This document shows, in pieces, positions 44,363 through 53,372 of a stretch of DNA of 64,000 nucleotides. The notes beneath the pieces were generated by a model, which searched no databases, was not told the origin of the DNA, and saw only the letters and a list, made by a program, of their open reading frames with translations. The stretch's first letter is position 1. Each line of letters starts with the position of its first letter. Source of the stretch: an uncultured Planctomycetaceae bacterium (GTDB taxonomy: Bacteria; Planctomycetota; Phycisphaerae; Sedimentisphaerales; UBA12454); contig CAZUEO010000009.1 in the NCBI GenBank assembly GCA_964619675.1, positions 139 to 64,138 of the forward strand, written 5' to 3'. The position numbers and the translations under genes were made by a program.

Positions 44363-46123
44363 ATGCTTGACCCTACAAAACTTAAGGATTGGCAGATTGC
44401 CGAAGCTGCTGAGGCTGATGCAAAACCCATCGTCAGGATTGCCGCCCAGCTTGGCATTAAGGAGGATGAAGTTATTCCTATGGGCAGGCTATTTGCCAAG
44501 ATTGACTATAAAAAAGTCCTTAGCAGGGTTGGCTCATTTCAAAAAGCAAAATATATTGATATCACAGCTATAACCCCTACGCCGCTTGGCGAAGGTAAAA
44601 CAACTACTACTATCGGCCTTATTGAGGGTCTTGGCAAACTCGGCAAGAAGGTTTCCGGCGCTATCAGGCAACCCAGCGGCGGCCCGACCTTTAACATTAA
44701 AGGCTCAGCCGCAGGCGGCGGCCTGGCTCAATGTATCCCGCTGGCTCCTCTTTCAATCAGGTTCACAGGCGATATTGATTCAATTACCAATGCGAACAAT
44801 CTCGCGATGGTGGCTCTTACGAGCAGGCTTCAGCACGAGAACAACTATGACGACGCCAGATTAGCTAAAAGCGGCTTAAAGAGGCTCGATATTGACCCAA
44901 AAAGAGTTCAAATGAAGTGGGCGATAGATTTCTGTGCCCAGGCCTTGCGGAACATAATCATCGGCAGAGGCGGGAAAATGGACGGCTTTGAGATGGAATC
45001 AGGATTCGCGATTTCCGTTTCCAGCGAGGTTATGGCGATTTTATCCGTCGCAAAGGACCTTGCGGATTTGCGCAAACGAATGGCAAAAATCGTCGTCGCA
45101 TACGGCAAAAACGGAAACGAAGTTACCACAGCAGACCTCGAAGTTGACGGCGCAATGACAAGCTGGATGCTGGACGCAATAAATCCAAATTTGATACAGA
45201 CGATTGAAGGGCAGCCGGTCTTTGTTCACGCAGGGCCGTTTGCAAATATCGCTATCGGCCAAAGTTCCATCATAGCTGATATGCTCGGAACAAGGCTTGC
45301 CGATTATCATATTACCGAAAGTGGATTCGGTACCGATATCGGCTTTGAAAAATTCTGGAATTTAAAATGCCGCTTGTCAGGCCTTACGCCCAATTCAGTG
45401 GTTATCGTGGCGACAATCAGAGCCCTGAAAATGCATGGCGGCGGCCCTGCCGTCAAGCCCGGCGCCGCTTTAAGCGAAGAATATACCAGGGAAAACCTCG
45501 AACTCGTCGAAAAAGGCTGCGAAAACCTGCTTGCTCATATAGAAATCGTCAAAAAAAGCGGTATCAAACCAATCATCTGTATTAACAGCTTTTCTGCCGA
45601 TACCAAACCTGAAATCGAGCTTGTAAAAAGGATTGCCGAGCAAAACGGGGCTTTATGCGCCGTCTCGCAGCATTGGCTCAAAGGCGGCGAAGGTGCAAAA
45701 GAGCTTGCCGAGATGGTTATATCGGTATCGCAGGAAAAAAATAATTTCAAATTTCTCTACGAACTTACAATGCCCTTACGACAGCGAATTGAACTTATAG
45801 CAAAACAGATTTATGGCGCTGACGGCGCCGAATACAACCCACAGGCCCTGGAAAAAATAAAAACGCTTGAAAAAGATTCTAATGCCGCAAAACTTGGAAT
45901 CTGTATGGCCAAGACGCACTTGTCGCTATCGCACGACCCGAATGTCAAAGGCAGGCCAAAAGGCTGGACACTGCCCGTAAGAGATATTATGATTTTCAAA
46001 GGCGCAGGCTTTATCGTGCCTGTGGCGGGTGATATAAAACTTATGCCCGGCACGGCTTCAAATCCTGCGTTCAGGAAAATCGACGTTGACGTCGAGACGG
46101 GAAAAGTCAAAGGCTTGTTTTAA
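44363..46123 (+). CDS. fhs: formate--tetrahydrofolate ligase
   Basis: ITPTPLGEGKTTTTIGL P-loop, HAGPFANIA, GFGTDIGFEKF. 586 aa. Confidence 0.95.
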   Translation: MLDPTKLKDWQIAEAAEADAKPIVRIAAQLGIKEDEVIPMGRLFAKIDYKKVLSRVGSFQKAKYIDITAITPTPLGEGKTTTTIGLIEGLGKLGKKVSGAIRQPSGGPTFNIKGSAAGGGLAQCIPLAPLSIRFTGDIDSITNANNLAMVALTSRLQHENNYDDARLAKSGLKRLDIDPKRVQMKWAIDFCAQALRNIIIGRGGKMDGFEMESGFAISVSSEVMAILSVAKDLADLRKRMAKIVVAYGKNGNEVTTADLEVDGAMTSWMLDAINPNLIQTIEGQPVFVHAGPFANIAIGQSSIIADMLGTRLADYHITESGFGTDIGFEKFWNLKCRLSGLTPNSVVIVATIRALKMHGGGPAVKPGAALSEEYTRENLELVEKGCENLLAHIEIVKKSGIKPIICINSFSADTKPEIELVKRIAEQNGALCAVSQHWLKGGEGAKELAEMVISVSQEKNNFKFLYELTMPLRQRIELIAKQIYGADGAEYNPQALEKIKTLEKDSNAAKLGICMAKTHLSLSHDPNVKGRPKGWTLPVRDIMIFKGAGFIVPVAGDIKLMPGTASNPAFRKIDVDVETGKVKGLF

Positions 46124-46243
46124 AACAGTTATCAGAAACTCGGTTATCAGTTATCAGTAAAAGGCTTTGTGCCTTTGTGGCTTTTATAACAGTGTTAATC
46201 CGTGTCTAAAAAATTATTTCTCTGTGGACTCTGTGGCTAAAAA
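46124..46243. repeat. fhs-folD spacer built largely from dispersed repeat modules
   Basis: Inverted GATAAC run (46126-46157), ctttgtgcctttgtggctttt (46165-46185), gttaatccgtgtct (46195-46208), tctctgtggactctgtggctaaaaa (46219-46243). Confidence 0.8.
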
Positions 46244-46255
46244 ATGGAGTATAAA

Positions 46256-47140
46256 ATGGCAGCCAAAATTATCGACGGCAAACAAATCGCAGCGGATATA
46301 CGAGCCGAACTAAAGGCTGAAGTTGAAAAACTAAAGGCAAAAGGCATTACGCCCGGGCTTGGCGTTATCCTCGTCGGCGCAAATGCCGCCAGTATCTCTT
46401 ATGTAACCGCAAAGGAAAAGGCCTGCGGCGAAGTCGGGATTTATTCAGATGATAACCGCCTGCCTGCCGAGACGAGCGAGTCGGACTTGCTTGCCCTCGT
46501 CAATAAAATGAACAAAGATGCCAAAATCAACGGCATTTTAGTTCAGCTGCCCCTGCCAAAACACATCGACGAGCAGAAAGTCCTGCTTGCAATCGACCCT
46601 GCGAAGGACGTTGACGGCTTTCATCCGGTAAGCGTCGGCAAAATGGTCGTCGGGCAAAAGGCATTTTTGCCCTGCACGCCAAATGGCGCTATCCAGTTGT
46701 TACTTCGCAGCGGCGTAAAACTCGAAGGCGCTGAGGTCGTAATCGTCGGCAGAAGCAATATCGTCGGCAAACCGCTTGCAAATATGCTTATTCAAAAGTC
46801 CCCTACCGGCAATGCTACGGTTACAATCTGCCATACGAGGACAAAGGATGTAGCTGCTCATACAAGGAGGGCTGATATAGTCATTGCCGCGGCGGGCAAA
46901 GTGAATGCCATAACGGCTGATATGATAAAAGATGGTGCCGTTGTTATCGATGTCGGCATAAACAGAATTGAGGATTCTACAAAAAAGAGCGGATTCAGGC
47001 TCGTAGGCGATGTGGATTTTGAAAATGTCAGTAAAAAAGCAAGCTTAATAACACCCGTGCCCGGCGGAGTCGGGCCGATGACAATTACAATGCTGCTCTA
47101 TAACACCGTTGAAAGTGCAAAAATGGCGTCGGGCGTTTAA
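46256..47140 (+). CDS. folD: bifunctional methylene-THF dehydrogenase / methenyl-THF cyclohydrolase
   Basis: MAAKIIDGK start is typical of FolD, with GGAG 7 nt upstream; ATG 46244 is an alternative. [24 protein letters not shown]. Confidence 0.93.
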   Translation: MAAKIIDGKQIAADIRAELKAEVEKLKAKGITPGLGVILVGANAASISYVTAKEKACGEVGIYSDDNRLPAETSESDLLALVNKMNKDAKINGILVQLPLPKHIDEQKVLLAIDPAKDVDGFHPVSVGKMVVGQKAFLPCTPNGAIQLLLRSGVKLEGAEVVIVGRSNIVGKPLANMLIQKSPTGNATVTICHTRTKDVAAHTRRADIVIAAAGKVNAITADMIKDGAVVIDVGINRIEDSTKKSGFRLVGDVDFENVSKKASLITPVPGGVGPMTITMLLYNTVESAKMASGV

Positions 47141-47164
47141 TTTAGGCAGATTGCCACTATTTTA

Positions 47165-47193
47165 TTGACATAACTTATTTTGTTTTTTATACT
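47165..47193 (+). promoter_or_regulatory. near-consensus promoter of the MNT/HEPN cassette
   Basis: TTGACA (47165-47170), 17-nt spacer, TATACT (47188-47193). The ATG at 47200 lies 6 nt after the -10 element. Confidence 0.5.
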
Positions 47194-47199
47194 TAGGGT

Positions 47200-47478
47200 A
47201 TGTATTCGTCAAATCTAAAACAAATAGTAAAGTCCTGTGCCGAGCAATACGGGGTGAAAAGTGTCTGGCTGTTCGGCTCCGCAGTAGAGGATGAACAGCA
47301 TGCAAACGATATAGACCTTGCGGTTGAAGGCCTGGAGCCTGAAAAATTTTTTGATTTCTACGGCAGATTGTTTTTTGAGCTGCCGAAGATGGTTGACCTC
47401 GTTGACCTTTCACAAAATCCTCCGATAACATCCATAGTGCGACAGAAGGGAATCCGCATTTATGAGCGCAGAAGCTGA
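47200..47478 (+). CDS. MNT-type nucleotidyltransferase (antitoxin-like, MntA family)
   Basis: 92 aa with the minimal NTase motif LFGSAVEDEQHANDIDLAV. Confidence 0.8.
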   Translation: MYSSNLKQIVKSCAEQYGVKSVWLFGSAVEDEQHANDIDLAVEGLEPEKFFDFYGRLFFELPKMVDLVDLSQNPPITSIVRQKGIRIYERRS

Positions 47479-47872
47479 TTATATTTCCGCAGAACGCGAA
47501 AACATTTTGCGCACAGTAAAAATGACGGAAGATTTATTGTCGAAAAAAGACATCTCCGAATATGAAGTTATCGCATTGGGAAAATTACTGCAGGATATTT
47601 ATACAGGCATCGAACGAATATTTCGCACTCAACTTGAATCAATGAATATTAAAACCGACAAAACTCAAAGCTGGCACAAAGAGGCGCTTTTAGCAGCTAA
47701 AAAGCATAGCTTGGTATCAGAGGTTCAATTTAAGTGCTTCCGTGATTTGCTTTTGTTCAGGCATATGGAAATTCACGGATACGGTTATATGCTTGATAAG
47801 CAGCGGCTTTTAGAGCTTGCCAGGCCTGTGCCTGCTGTTTGCAGGGAATTTCTGGAGCATTTAAAACTGTAA
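47462..47872 (+). CDS. HEPN-domain protein (HepT-like toxin)
   Basis: 136 aa with the Rx4H motif in LLLFRHMEIHGYG. 17-nt overlap with the upstream NTase gene. Confidence 0.7.
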   Translation: MSAEADYISAERENILRTVKMTEDLLSKKDISEYEVIALGKLLQDIYTGIERIFRTQLESMNIKTDKTQSWHKEALLAAKKHSLVSEVQFKCFRDLLLFRHMEIHGYGYMLDKQRLLELARPVPAVCREFLEHLKL

Positions 47873-47876
47873 GAAT

Positions 47877-47963
47877 TGCGGCGTCGGGCCAATGACTATT
47901 ACTACGTTATTGTACAACACGGTCGAGAGCGCAAAAACCGCCGTCACAGAGCCGCGACAGTAA
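47877..47963 (+). pseudogene. detached, divergent copy of the folD 3' end
   Basis: Encodes [27 protein letters not shown], against the intact folD tail [24 protein letters not shown]. About 43 of 57 aligned nt are identical, with differences mainly at third codon positions. Confidence 0.75.
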
Positions 47964-47972
47964 TGGAGCGGT
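47946..47972. repeat. 27-bp inverted repeat, left copy
   Basis: ACAGAGCCGCGACAGTAATGGAGCGGT. The exact reverse complement is at 49325-49351. Confidence 0.95.
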
Positions 47973-48009
47973 AATTAAAACGTCATAAATAAATTATCTT
48001 TATTTACAT

Positions 48010-48510
48010 TCAAGGTTCTGTTTTGCCTAATGCCATAATTTTGCCCTGACCTGTTTTGACATATTCAATTGCGGAATGGAGTCTTTCTTTTGTCCATATA
48101 TATTTTGTACTTCCGTGTCTTGTCCAATATTTATCAGCCGGAATATTGCCTGTTTTTTTGATTGCATTTGTGGCGTATCTTTTAAAATCAGACATCATTT
48201 TTTCTGGTTCTTCCTGCCCACTGACAACAATATGGATATGATTGCTTCTGACGTGTGCAGAATGAGCATGCCAGCCGCGAAATTTGCACACATCCAAAAT
48301 CGCCTGCAATACTATCTCTCTGCACAACGCATCTAATTTAATTGATGGATTCTTTAAATTACTTTCCTCTTTTATATTCAGCCCGGGATTATTAGGCAGA
48401 AATTTTTCACCAAAGCGATTATGTTTTTTATCCACACTAGCACGTTCATCGCCGTGCAGCCACGTTCCGTATGTTGTAAAAGTTATCAGATATGCAAGCG
48501 GATATTCCAT
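48010..48510 (-). CDS. IS200/RAYT-like HUH (Y1) transposase-family protein
   Basis: YLITFTTYGTWLHGDERASVD N-terminus, HUH motif SNHIHIVV, C-terminal Tyr region HSAIEYVKTGQG. Confidence 0.7.
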   Translation of the reverse strand: MEYPLAYLITFTTYGTWLHGDERASVDKKHNRFGEKFLPNNPGLNIKEESNLKNPSIKLDALCREIVLQAILDVCKFRGWHAHSAHVRSNHIHIVVSGQEEPEKMMSDFKRYATNAIKKTGNIPADKYWTRHGSTKYIWTKERLHSAIEYVKTGQGKIMALGKTEP

Positions 48511-48550
48511 CTCAAATCCTTACCACAGACCCGCGTGGGCTAAAGCCTCA

Positions 48551-49219
48551 TCACTTATCTTGATTCGTTACCCACCTTTTTCTCCATTCTTTATACCACC
48601 GTTTTGATTTAATACCTGATCTAAATTTCCATTTTTTTAAACGTGTTAAAAGTCCTTTATTCAAAAGCTCATCTAACGCCTCATTCTCAAAATAATAAGA
48701 CCCTTGGAGTAATTTAATCTTACAGGACTCTATTAAAAGATCGTTGAGCATCGAAATCATTTGCTTGGCGTCTTTGTTTTTTATTCTCGTAGGCACAGAA
48801 ATTCGGCTATTGACATCTATTTTACCTTTGTCTCTATCTAATCCCACATATATTGCTCTCTGTTTTTTTAATTCAAGTTGCTTTTTCTCAACGAACTCAA
48901 CAAACTTTGGTGAATAGTCAGAAGCCATCCCCCATCCAAAAAAAGCTTTATGTTTTTCATGATGGAGGTATAAAAGTTTTAACCATTCTTGTTCAAAATC
49001 TTCATCTGGCCAATTATTGTTTGTATCCGATGACCAATAATAATGTTCAACCCAATATGATTTAGCAAGTTCTTCCATCGCAAGTACTGATAGATGGAAT
49101 GAAGAAGGAAAGGACTTATTCTTATATAAGAGGATTGAATCAAAATGAAGCCTTAACCCATTCTTAAATGACTCTGTTGCAATTCTTTTAAACTTATATT
49201 TAGAAAGATTTTTTCTCAT
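48551..49219 (-). CDS. AbiV-like (HEPN-type) abortive-infection protein
   Basis: FKNGLRLHFDSILLYKNKSFPSSFHLSVLAMEELAKSYWV fits the AbiV N-terminal helix pattern (N..rL..D...L......A..L..la.EE..K). The gene is AT-rich. Confidence 0.55.
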   Translation of the reverse strand: MRKNLSKYKFKRIATESFKNGLRLHFDSILLYKNKSFPSSFHLSVLAMEELAKSYWVEHYYWSSDTNNNWPDEDFEQEWLKLLYLHHEKHKAFFGWGMASDYSPKFVEFVEKKQLELKKQRAIYVGLDRDKGKIDVNSRISVPTRIKNKDAKQMISMLNDLLIESCKIKLLQGSYYFENEALDELLNKGLLTRLKKWKFRSGIKSKRWYKEWRKRWVTNQDK

Positions 49220-49236
49220 ATATTTTAATTGAAAAC

Positions 49237-49265
49237 ATTATCCTCTCAATTTTCGCCGAAGGCAA
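49237..49265 (-). promoter_or_regulatory. candidate promoter for the abiV-like/Y1 transposase-like pair
   Basis: On the minus strand: TTGCCT (49265-49260), 17-nt spacer, GATAAT (49242-49237). It lies inside the inverted-repeat-bounded segment. Confidence 0.4.
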
Positions 49266-49324
49266 GCCTAAATAAACGCCCTGTGAGCCCCCAATGTAAA
49301 TGAGGGGTAATTTATGTTATTTTG

Positions 49325-49351
49325 ACCGCTCCATTACTGTCGCGGCTCTGT
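49325..49351. repeat. 27-bp inverted repeat, right copy
   Basis: ACCGCTCCATTACTGTCGCGGCTCTGT, the exact reverse complement of 47946-47972. Confidence 0.95.
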
Positions 49352-49509
49352 TTGTTCAAAATTTAATTTCGCATAATCTCTGTAAAGTTCTTTGGCGGCC
49401 TCGTCATAAGCCTTTGCGACCAACCAAAACCTCTGGCATTTACAACACAGGTCGGTATAATAATGCGGCTGTTTTTAAAATAAGGCCATATACGAATAGG
49501 GAGCTCAAA

Positions 49510-51501
49510 ATGAGCAGTGAACACGTTCCGCTTGCGAAGAAACAAATCGAACAGCTTGAAAAGCAAAACTGCCATTGCGGCAGCTGGAAGGATGTTCTTG
49601 TCAGCCCGGATTTTAAGCCTGAAACAATCAAAAATACGACATTTTCAGGTAAAATCCGGCTGGGCAAATTCGATAAACAAACTGCCTTTTACGGCGGCGT
49701 CAGCAAGCCGGCAGGCATTTACAACGCATATCTTCACAACTGCACCGTCGGTAATAACGTTTATATTTCCAATGTATCAAATCACATAGCAAATTACGTT
49801 ATAGAAGATGACTGCATAATTGACCATATCGACCTGCTCGCGGTTGAAGGCGAGACGACGTTCGGCAACGGGACAAAAGCGGTAGTCATAAACGAAGGCG
49901 GCGGCAGAGAGGTAACGATATTTGACGGCCTTACGGCTCAGATTGCATATATTATAGCGCTGCACAGGCACAGAACAAAGGTTCGCGAAAGAATCGAAAA
50001 GCTGACAGCACAATACGCTGAAAGCGTCAAATCCGACACAGGCGTAATAGGCAAAGGCGCCCATCTTTCAAATTGCGGCACAATCAAGAACGTAAAAATC
50101 GGCCCTGCGGCAATTATCGGGAATGTAAGACGTCTTGAAAACGGCACTATAAAAAGCTGTGCTGAAGACCGGACTGAAGTCGGTGCAGGCGTAGTCGCAA
50201 AGGATTTCATCATCGCGGAAGGCGTAAAAATCAGCGAAAGCTCGATTATCTCGGACTGCTTTATCGGCCAGGCAACAAAAATGACCAAGCAGTTCTCTGC
50301 GGAAAATTCGGTCTGTTTTGCCAACTGCGGTTTTCATCATGGCGAGATATGCTCGATTTTCGCAGGCCCCTATACGGTCAGCCATCACAAGTCCACTCTG
50401 CTCATCGCGGGACTGTTCAGTTTCTTTAACGCAGGCAGCGGAACAAACGAGAGCAACCATATGTACAAGGTCGGCAGCGTTCATCAGGGCATATTCGAGC
50501 GCGGCTGTAAAATGACGAGCGATGGTTATGTTATGTATCCTGTGTGGATTGGCGCGTTTTCGGTTATACTGGGCAGGCATTATGCGCATCCGCAGACGGC
50601 TGATATACCATTTTCGTATCTCTTTGAAGAAAATGATAAAACTTTCGTCGTGCCCGGCATAAATCTGCGAACCGTAGGAATAGTCCGTGATGGTGAAAAA
50701 TGGCCTAAACGCGACGAAAGAAAAGCACCAAATAAAACCGATTTGATTATCTTCGATGTCCTAAGTCCTTACACCGTCCAGAAGATTATAAAAGGACTCG
50801 ACCTGCTGCTCAACCTACAGCCTGCACAAACTTCTGCGTCAAACATAGTCGTCTGCAATAACCTGCATTTCAGGACCTCGGCGCTTCAGAAAGGCATAGA
50901 ATATTACTCGATTGCAATTAATAAATTCCTCGGTGACTGTCTGATAGAAAAACTGCAAAACTCACCGCTAAAATCGGCTGCGGACCTTAAAAAACTTATG
51001 GAATCTGCAGATACAAACGGTACGGAAAAATGGCTTGACCTTGCAGGCCTGCTGGCGCCGGAACTGCGCGTGAATCAACTGCTCGACGATATCGAAAATG
51101 GGAAATTAGATACGCTCGAATCCATTGCCGACAGGTTCAAACGCCTTTATGAAAATTACAGCACATTCAAATGGAACTGGGCAATTAAAAAAATCCGCAA
51201 CATTATGAAAAATCAGCAGCATTCATCCGAAACTGAAAAAGTAATACAGATTATCAACGACTGGGCAAAGGCCTGTGAAAAATTGACCTTGCTAATCATA
51301 GACGATGCGGGCAAGGAATTTTCAGCCGAGCCGAGGCTCAGCTACGGCATCGACGGCGATGAAAAAACAAGGGACGCCGACTTCGATGCGGTAAGAGGTA
51401 CTCTCGAAGGCAACAACTTAGTCCGAAAACTCAAACAACGAATCGAAACAACAAAGAAAACCGCAGAAGAAATGATAAATAAAGTCAAATCGCTTCGATA
51501 G
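49510..51501 (+). CDS. left-handed beta-helix (hexapeptide-repeat) protein, DUF4954-like
   Basis: AGGGAG SD before ATG 49510. N-terminus LAKKQIEQLEKQNCHCGSWKDVLV, repeated hexapeptide-like turns (IGKGAHLSNCGTIKNVKIGPAAIIGNV...), and a helical C-terminal domain. Confidence 0.5.
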   Translation: MSSEHVPLAKKQIEQLEKQNCHCGSWKDVLVSPDFKPETIKNTTFSGKIRLGKFDKQTAFYGGVSKPAGIYNAYLHNCTVGNNVYISNVSNHIANYVIEDDCIIDHIDLLAVEGETTFGNGTKAVVINEGGGREVTIFDGLTAQIAYIIALHRHRTKVRERIEKLTAQYAESVKSDTGVIGKGAHLSNCGTIKNVKIGPAAIIGNVRRLENGTIKSCAEDRTEVGAGVVAKDFIIAEGVKISESSIISDCFIGQATKMTKQFSAENSVCFANCGFHHGEICSIFAGPYTVSHHKSTLLIAGLFSFFNAGSGTNESNHMYKVGSVHQGIFERGCKMTSDGYVMYPVWIGAFSVILGRHYAHPQTADIPFSYLFEENDKTFVVPGINLRTVGIVRDGEKWPKRDERKAPNKTDLIIFDVLSPYTVQKIIKGLDLLLNLQPAQTSASNIVVCNNLHFRTSALQKGIEYYSIAINKFLGDCLIEKLQNSPLKSAADLKKLMESADTNGTEKWLDLAGLLAPELRVNQLLDDIENGKLDTLESIADRFKRLYENYSTFKWNWAIKKIRNIMKNQQHSSETEKVIQIINDWAKACEKLTLLIIDDAGKEFSAEPRLSYGIDGDEKTRDADFDAVRGTLEGNNLVRKLKQRIETTKKTAEEMINKVKSLR

Positions 51502-51629
51502 AGGAAATAGTCGATTATTTTACAGTTGACTTTTCAGTAGAAATGCAGGAGAATACTTGCTGCCCGATTTCTCGGGGACAAGCTTCGTTAATAATGAAAT
51601 CTGAACTATGAATACAAAGGAAAAGGCAA

Positions 51630-53261
51630 ATGTTTAACGGTATTTTTCGCGTTCCGCAGCCGGTTAACGAACCCTGTCTGCAATACGCCCCGTCCAGTCC
51701 GGAACGGGTGACGCTAAAGGCCAAGCTGAAAGAGATGCTGGGCGGGCAGGCAGAAGTGCCAATAATAATCAACGGTAAAGAGATGCGCAGCGGTAAACTC
51801 GCAGATATGCGCTGTCCGCACGACCATCGGCATCTGCTTGGCAGGTATCACCAGGCCGATGCAGAGATTACAATCAAGGCTGTTGACGCTGCTCAAAAGG
51901 CCAAAAAGGAATGGGGTCGGATGCCGTGGGAATCGAGGGCGGTAGTACTGCTTAAGGCAGCGGAACTGCTGGCCGGCAAGTACCGCCAAACGCTCAACGC
52001 GGCCACGATGCTTAATACGAGTAAAACGCCCCACCAGGCGGAAATCGACTCCGCGTGCGAGCTGATAGACTTCTGGCGATTCAATCCTCATTTTATGGAA
52101 GAGGTTTACGGCGACCAGCCGATGTCCACAGCCGGCGTGCTGAATTATATGGAGCACCGGCCACTGGACGGGTACGTTCTGGCAATATCGCCATTTAACT
52201 TTACGTCAATCGCGGGCAACCTGCCGACGGCACCTGCGCTGATGGGTAATACGGTGGTGTGGAAGCCTGCGTCGGCGTCAGTACTGCCCGCGTATTTTAT
52301 TATGAAGATACTGGAAGAGGCGGGTATGCCGCCTGGGGTTATCAATATGGTGCCCGGGCCGGGTGCGGTCGTGGCCCCGCCTGCGTTGAATGACATCCGA
52401 CTTGGCGGTATTCATTTTACCGGAAGCACATACGTGTTCTCGACTATCTGGCTGGCGATCGGCTCTGACATTCGCAAGTACGTCTCTTATCCGCGAATAG
52501 TGGGTGAGACCGGCGGCAAGAACTTTATATTCGTTCACGCAAGCTGCGATATCGAGGCAACAGCGACGGCAGCGGTGCGAGGCGCGTTCGAGTATCAAGG
52601 ACAGAAATGCTCGGCGGCATCGAGAATGTACGTGCCCGATTCGATTTGGCCGAGACTTAAAGAACGAATGCTGGATATGATAGGCGATATCAGGATGGGC
52701 GACGTAACGGACTTTGGGAACTTTATGGGCGCGGTCATTGACAAAAAGTCCTTCGATACCATTAATGATTATATCGAATCCGCCAGGGCTTCGACCGATA
52801 TGGAAATTATAACCGGCGGCAAAAGCGACAGCTCAAAAGGGTATTTCATTGAGCCGACCGTCGTGGTAAGTAAAGACCCGAAATCAAAGCTGATGGTCGA
52901 GGAAATCTTCGGGCCGGTAATTACCATATACGTTTATCCCGAAGGCGAGTACGACAGGACATTGGAGCTGTGCGACCAGACTTCGCCATACGCGCTGACA
53001 GGGTCGATATTCGCTTTGGACCGCAGCGCGATAGTCAAGGCGATGGATATTCTGCGCCACTCGGCAGGCAATTTTTACGTCAACGATAAGCCCACAGGCG
53101 CAATAGTATCGCAGCAACCATTCGGCGGTACGCGGGCATCGGGGACAAATGATAAGGCGGGCAGCTGGCTTAATCTTGAGCGATGGGTCTCGCCTCGCGC
53201 CATTAAAGAAACATTCCTGCCGTCGAGAGATTTCCGGTATCCGTATATGGAAAAAGAGTAA
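51630..53261 (+). CDS. pruA: L-glutamate gamma-semialdehyde (1-pyrroline-5-carboxylate) dehydrogenase
   Basis: N-terminus FRVPQPVNEP, ALDH motifs VGETGGKNF and the catalytic Cys in EYQGQKCSAASR. Confidence 0.88.
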   Translation: MFNGIFRVPQPVNEPCLQYAPSSPERVTLKAKLKEMLGGQAEVPIIINGKEMRSGKLADMRCPHDHRHLLGRYHQADAEITIKAVDAAQKAKKEWGRMPWESRAVVLLKAAELLAGKYRQTLNAATMLNTSKTPHQAEIDSACELIDFWRFNPHFMEEVYGDQPMSTAGVLNYMEHRPLDGYVLAISPFNFTSIAGNLPTAPALMGNTVVWKPASASVLPAYFIMKILEEAGMPPGVINMVPGPGAVVAPPALNDIRLGGIHFTGSTYVFSTIWLAIGSDIRKYVSYPRIVGETGGKNFIFVHASCDIEATATAAVRGAFEYQGQKCSAASRMYVPDSIWPRLKERMLDMIGDIRMGDVTDFGNFMGAVIDKKSFDTINDYIESARASTDMEIITGGKSDSSKGYFIEPTVVVSKDPKSKLMVEEIFGPVITIYVYPEGEYDRTLELCDQTSPYALTGSIFALDRSAIVKAMDILRHSAGNFYVNDKPTGAIVSQQPFGGTRASGTNDKAGSWLNLERWVSPRAIKETFLPSRDFRYPYMEKE

Positions 53262-53317
53262 GGCATTGCGCCGCCGTGCCGGCGGCGGCTAAACAAACTA
53301 AATATCAAATAACCGTC

Positions 53318-53372
53318 CGCCAAAGGCGGACTCCACAATTTTGCATTTTACATTTTGATTTTTAATTTTCTT
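53318..53372. repeat. CCGCC-loop-GGCGG hairpin + CTCCACAA + A/T low-complexity tail element
   Basis: tccgccaaaggcggactccacaattttgcattttacattttgatttttaatttt. Relatives at 42883-42960, 43448-43480 and 42612-42650. Confidence 0.8.

Noticed and set aside
44343-44864. Alternative-frame ORFs 44343..44573 and 44586..44864
   Set aside because: They lie inside fhs in other frames. The fhs frame carries the diagnostic P-loop and full-length homology pattern.
47873-47945. Integron attC site after the HEPN gene
   Set aside because: I could not identify convincing R''/L''-L'/R' inverted core sites (RYYYAAC...GTTRRRY). The region is better explained as the folD tail remnant.
49300-49509. 70-codon N-terminal extension of the DUF4954-like gene
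   Set aside because: It translates the right 27-bp inverted repeat and AT-rich spacer and has no SD. ATG 49510 has an AGGGAG SD and starts the conserved-looking sequence.
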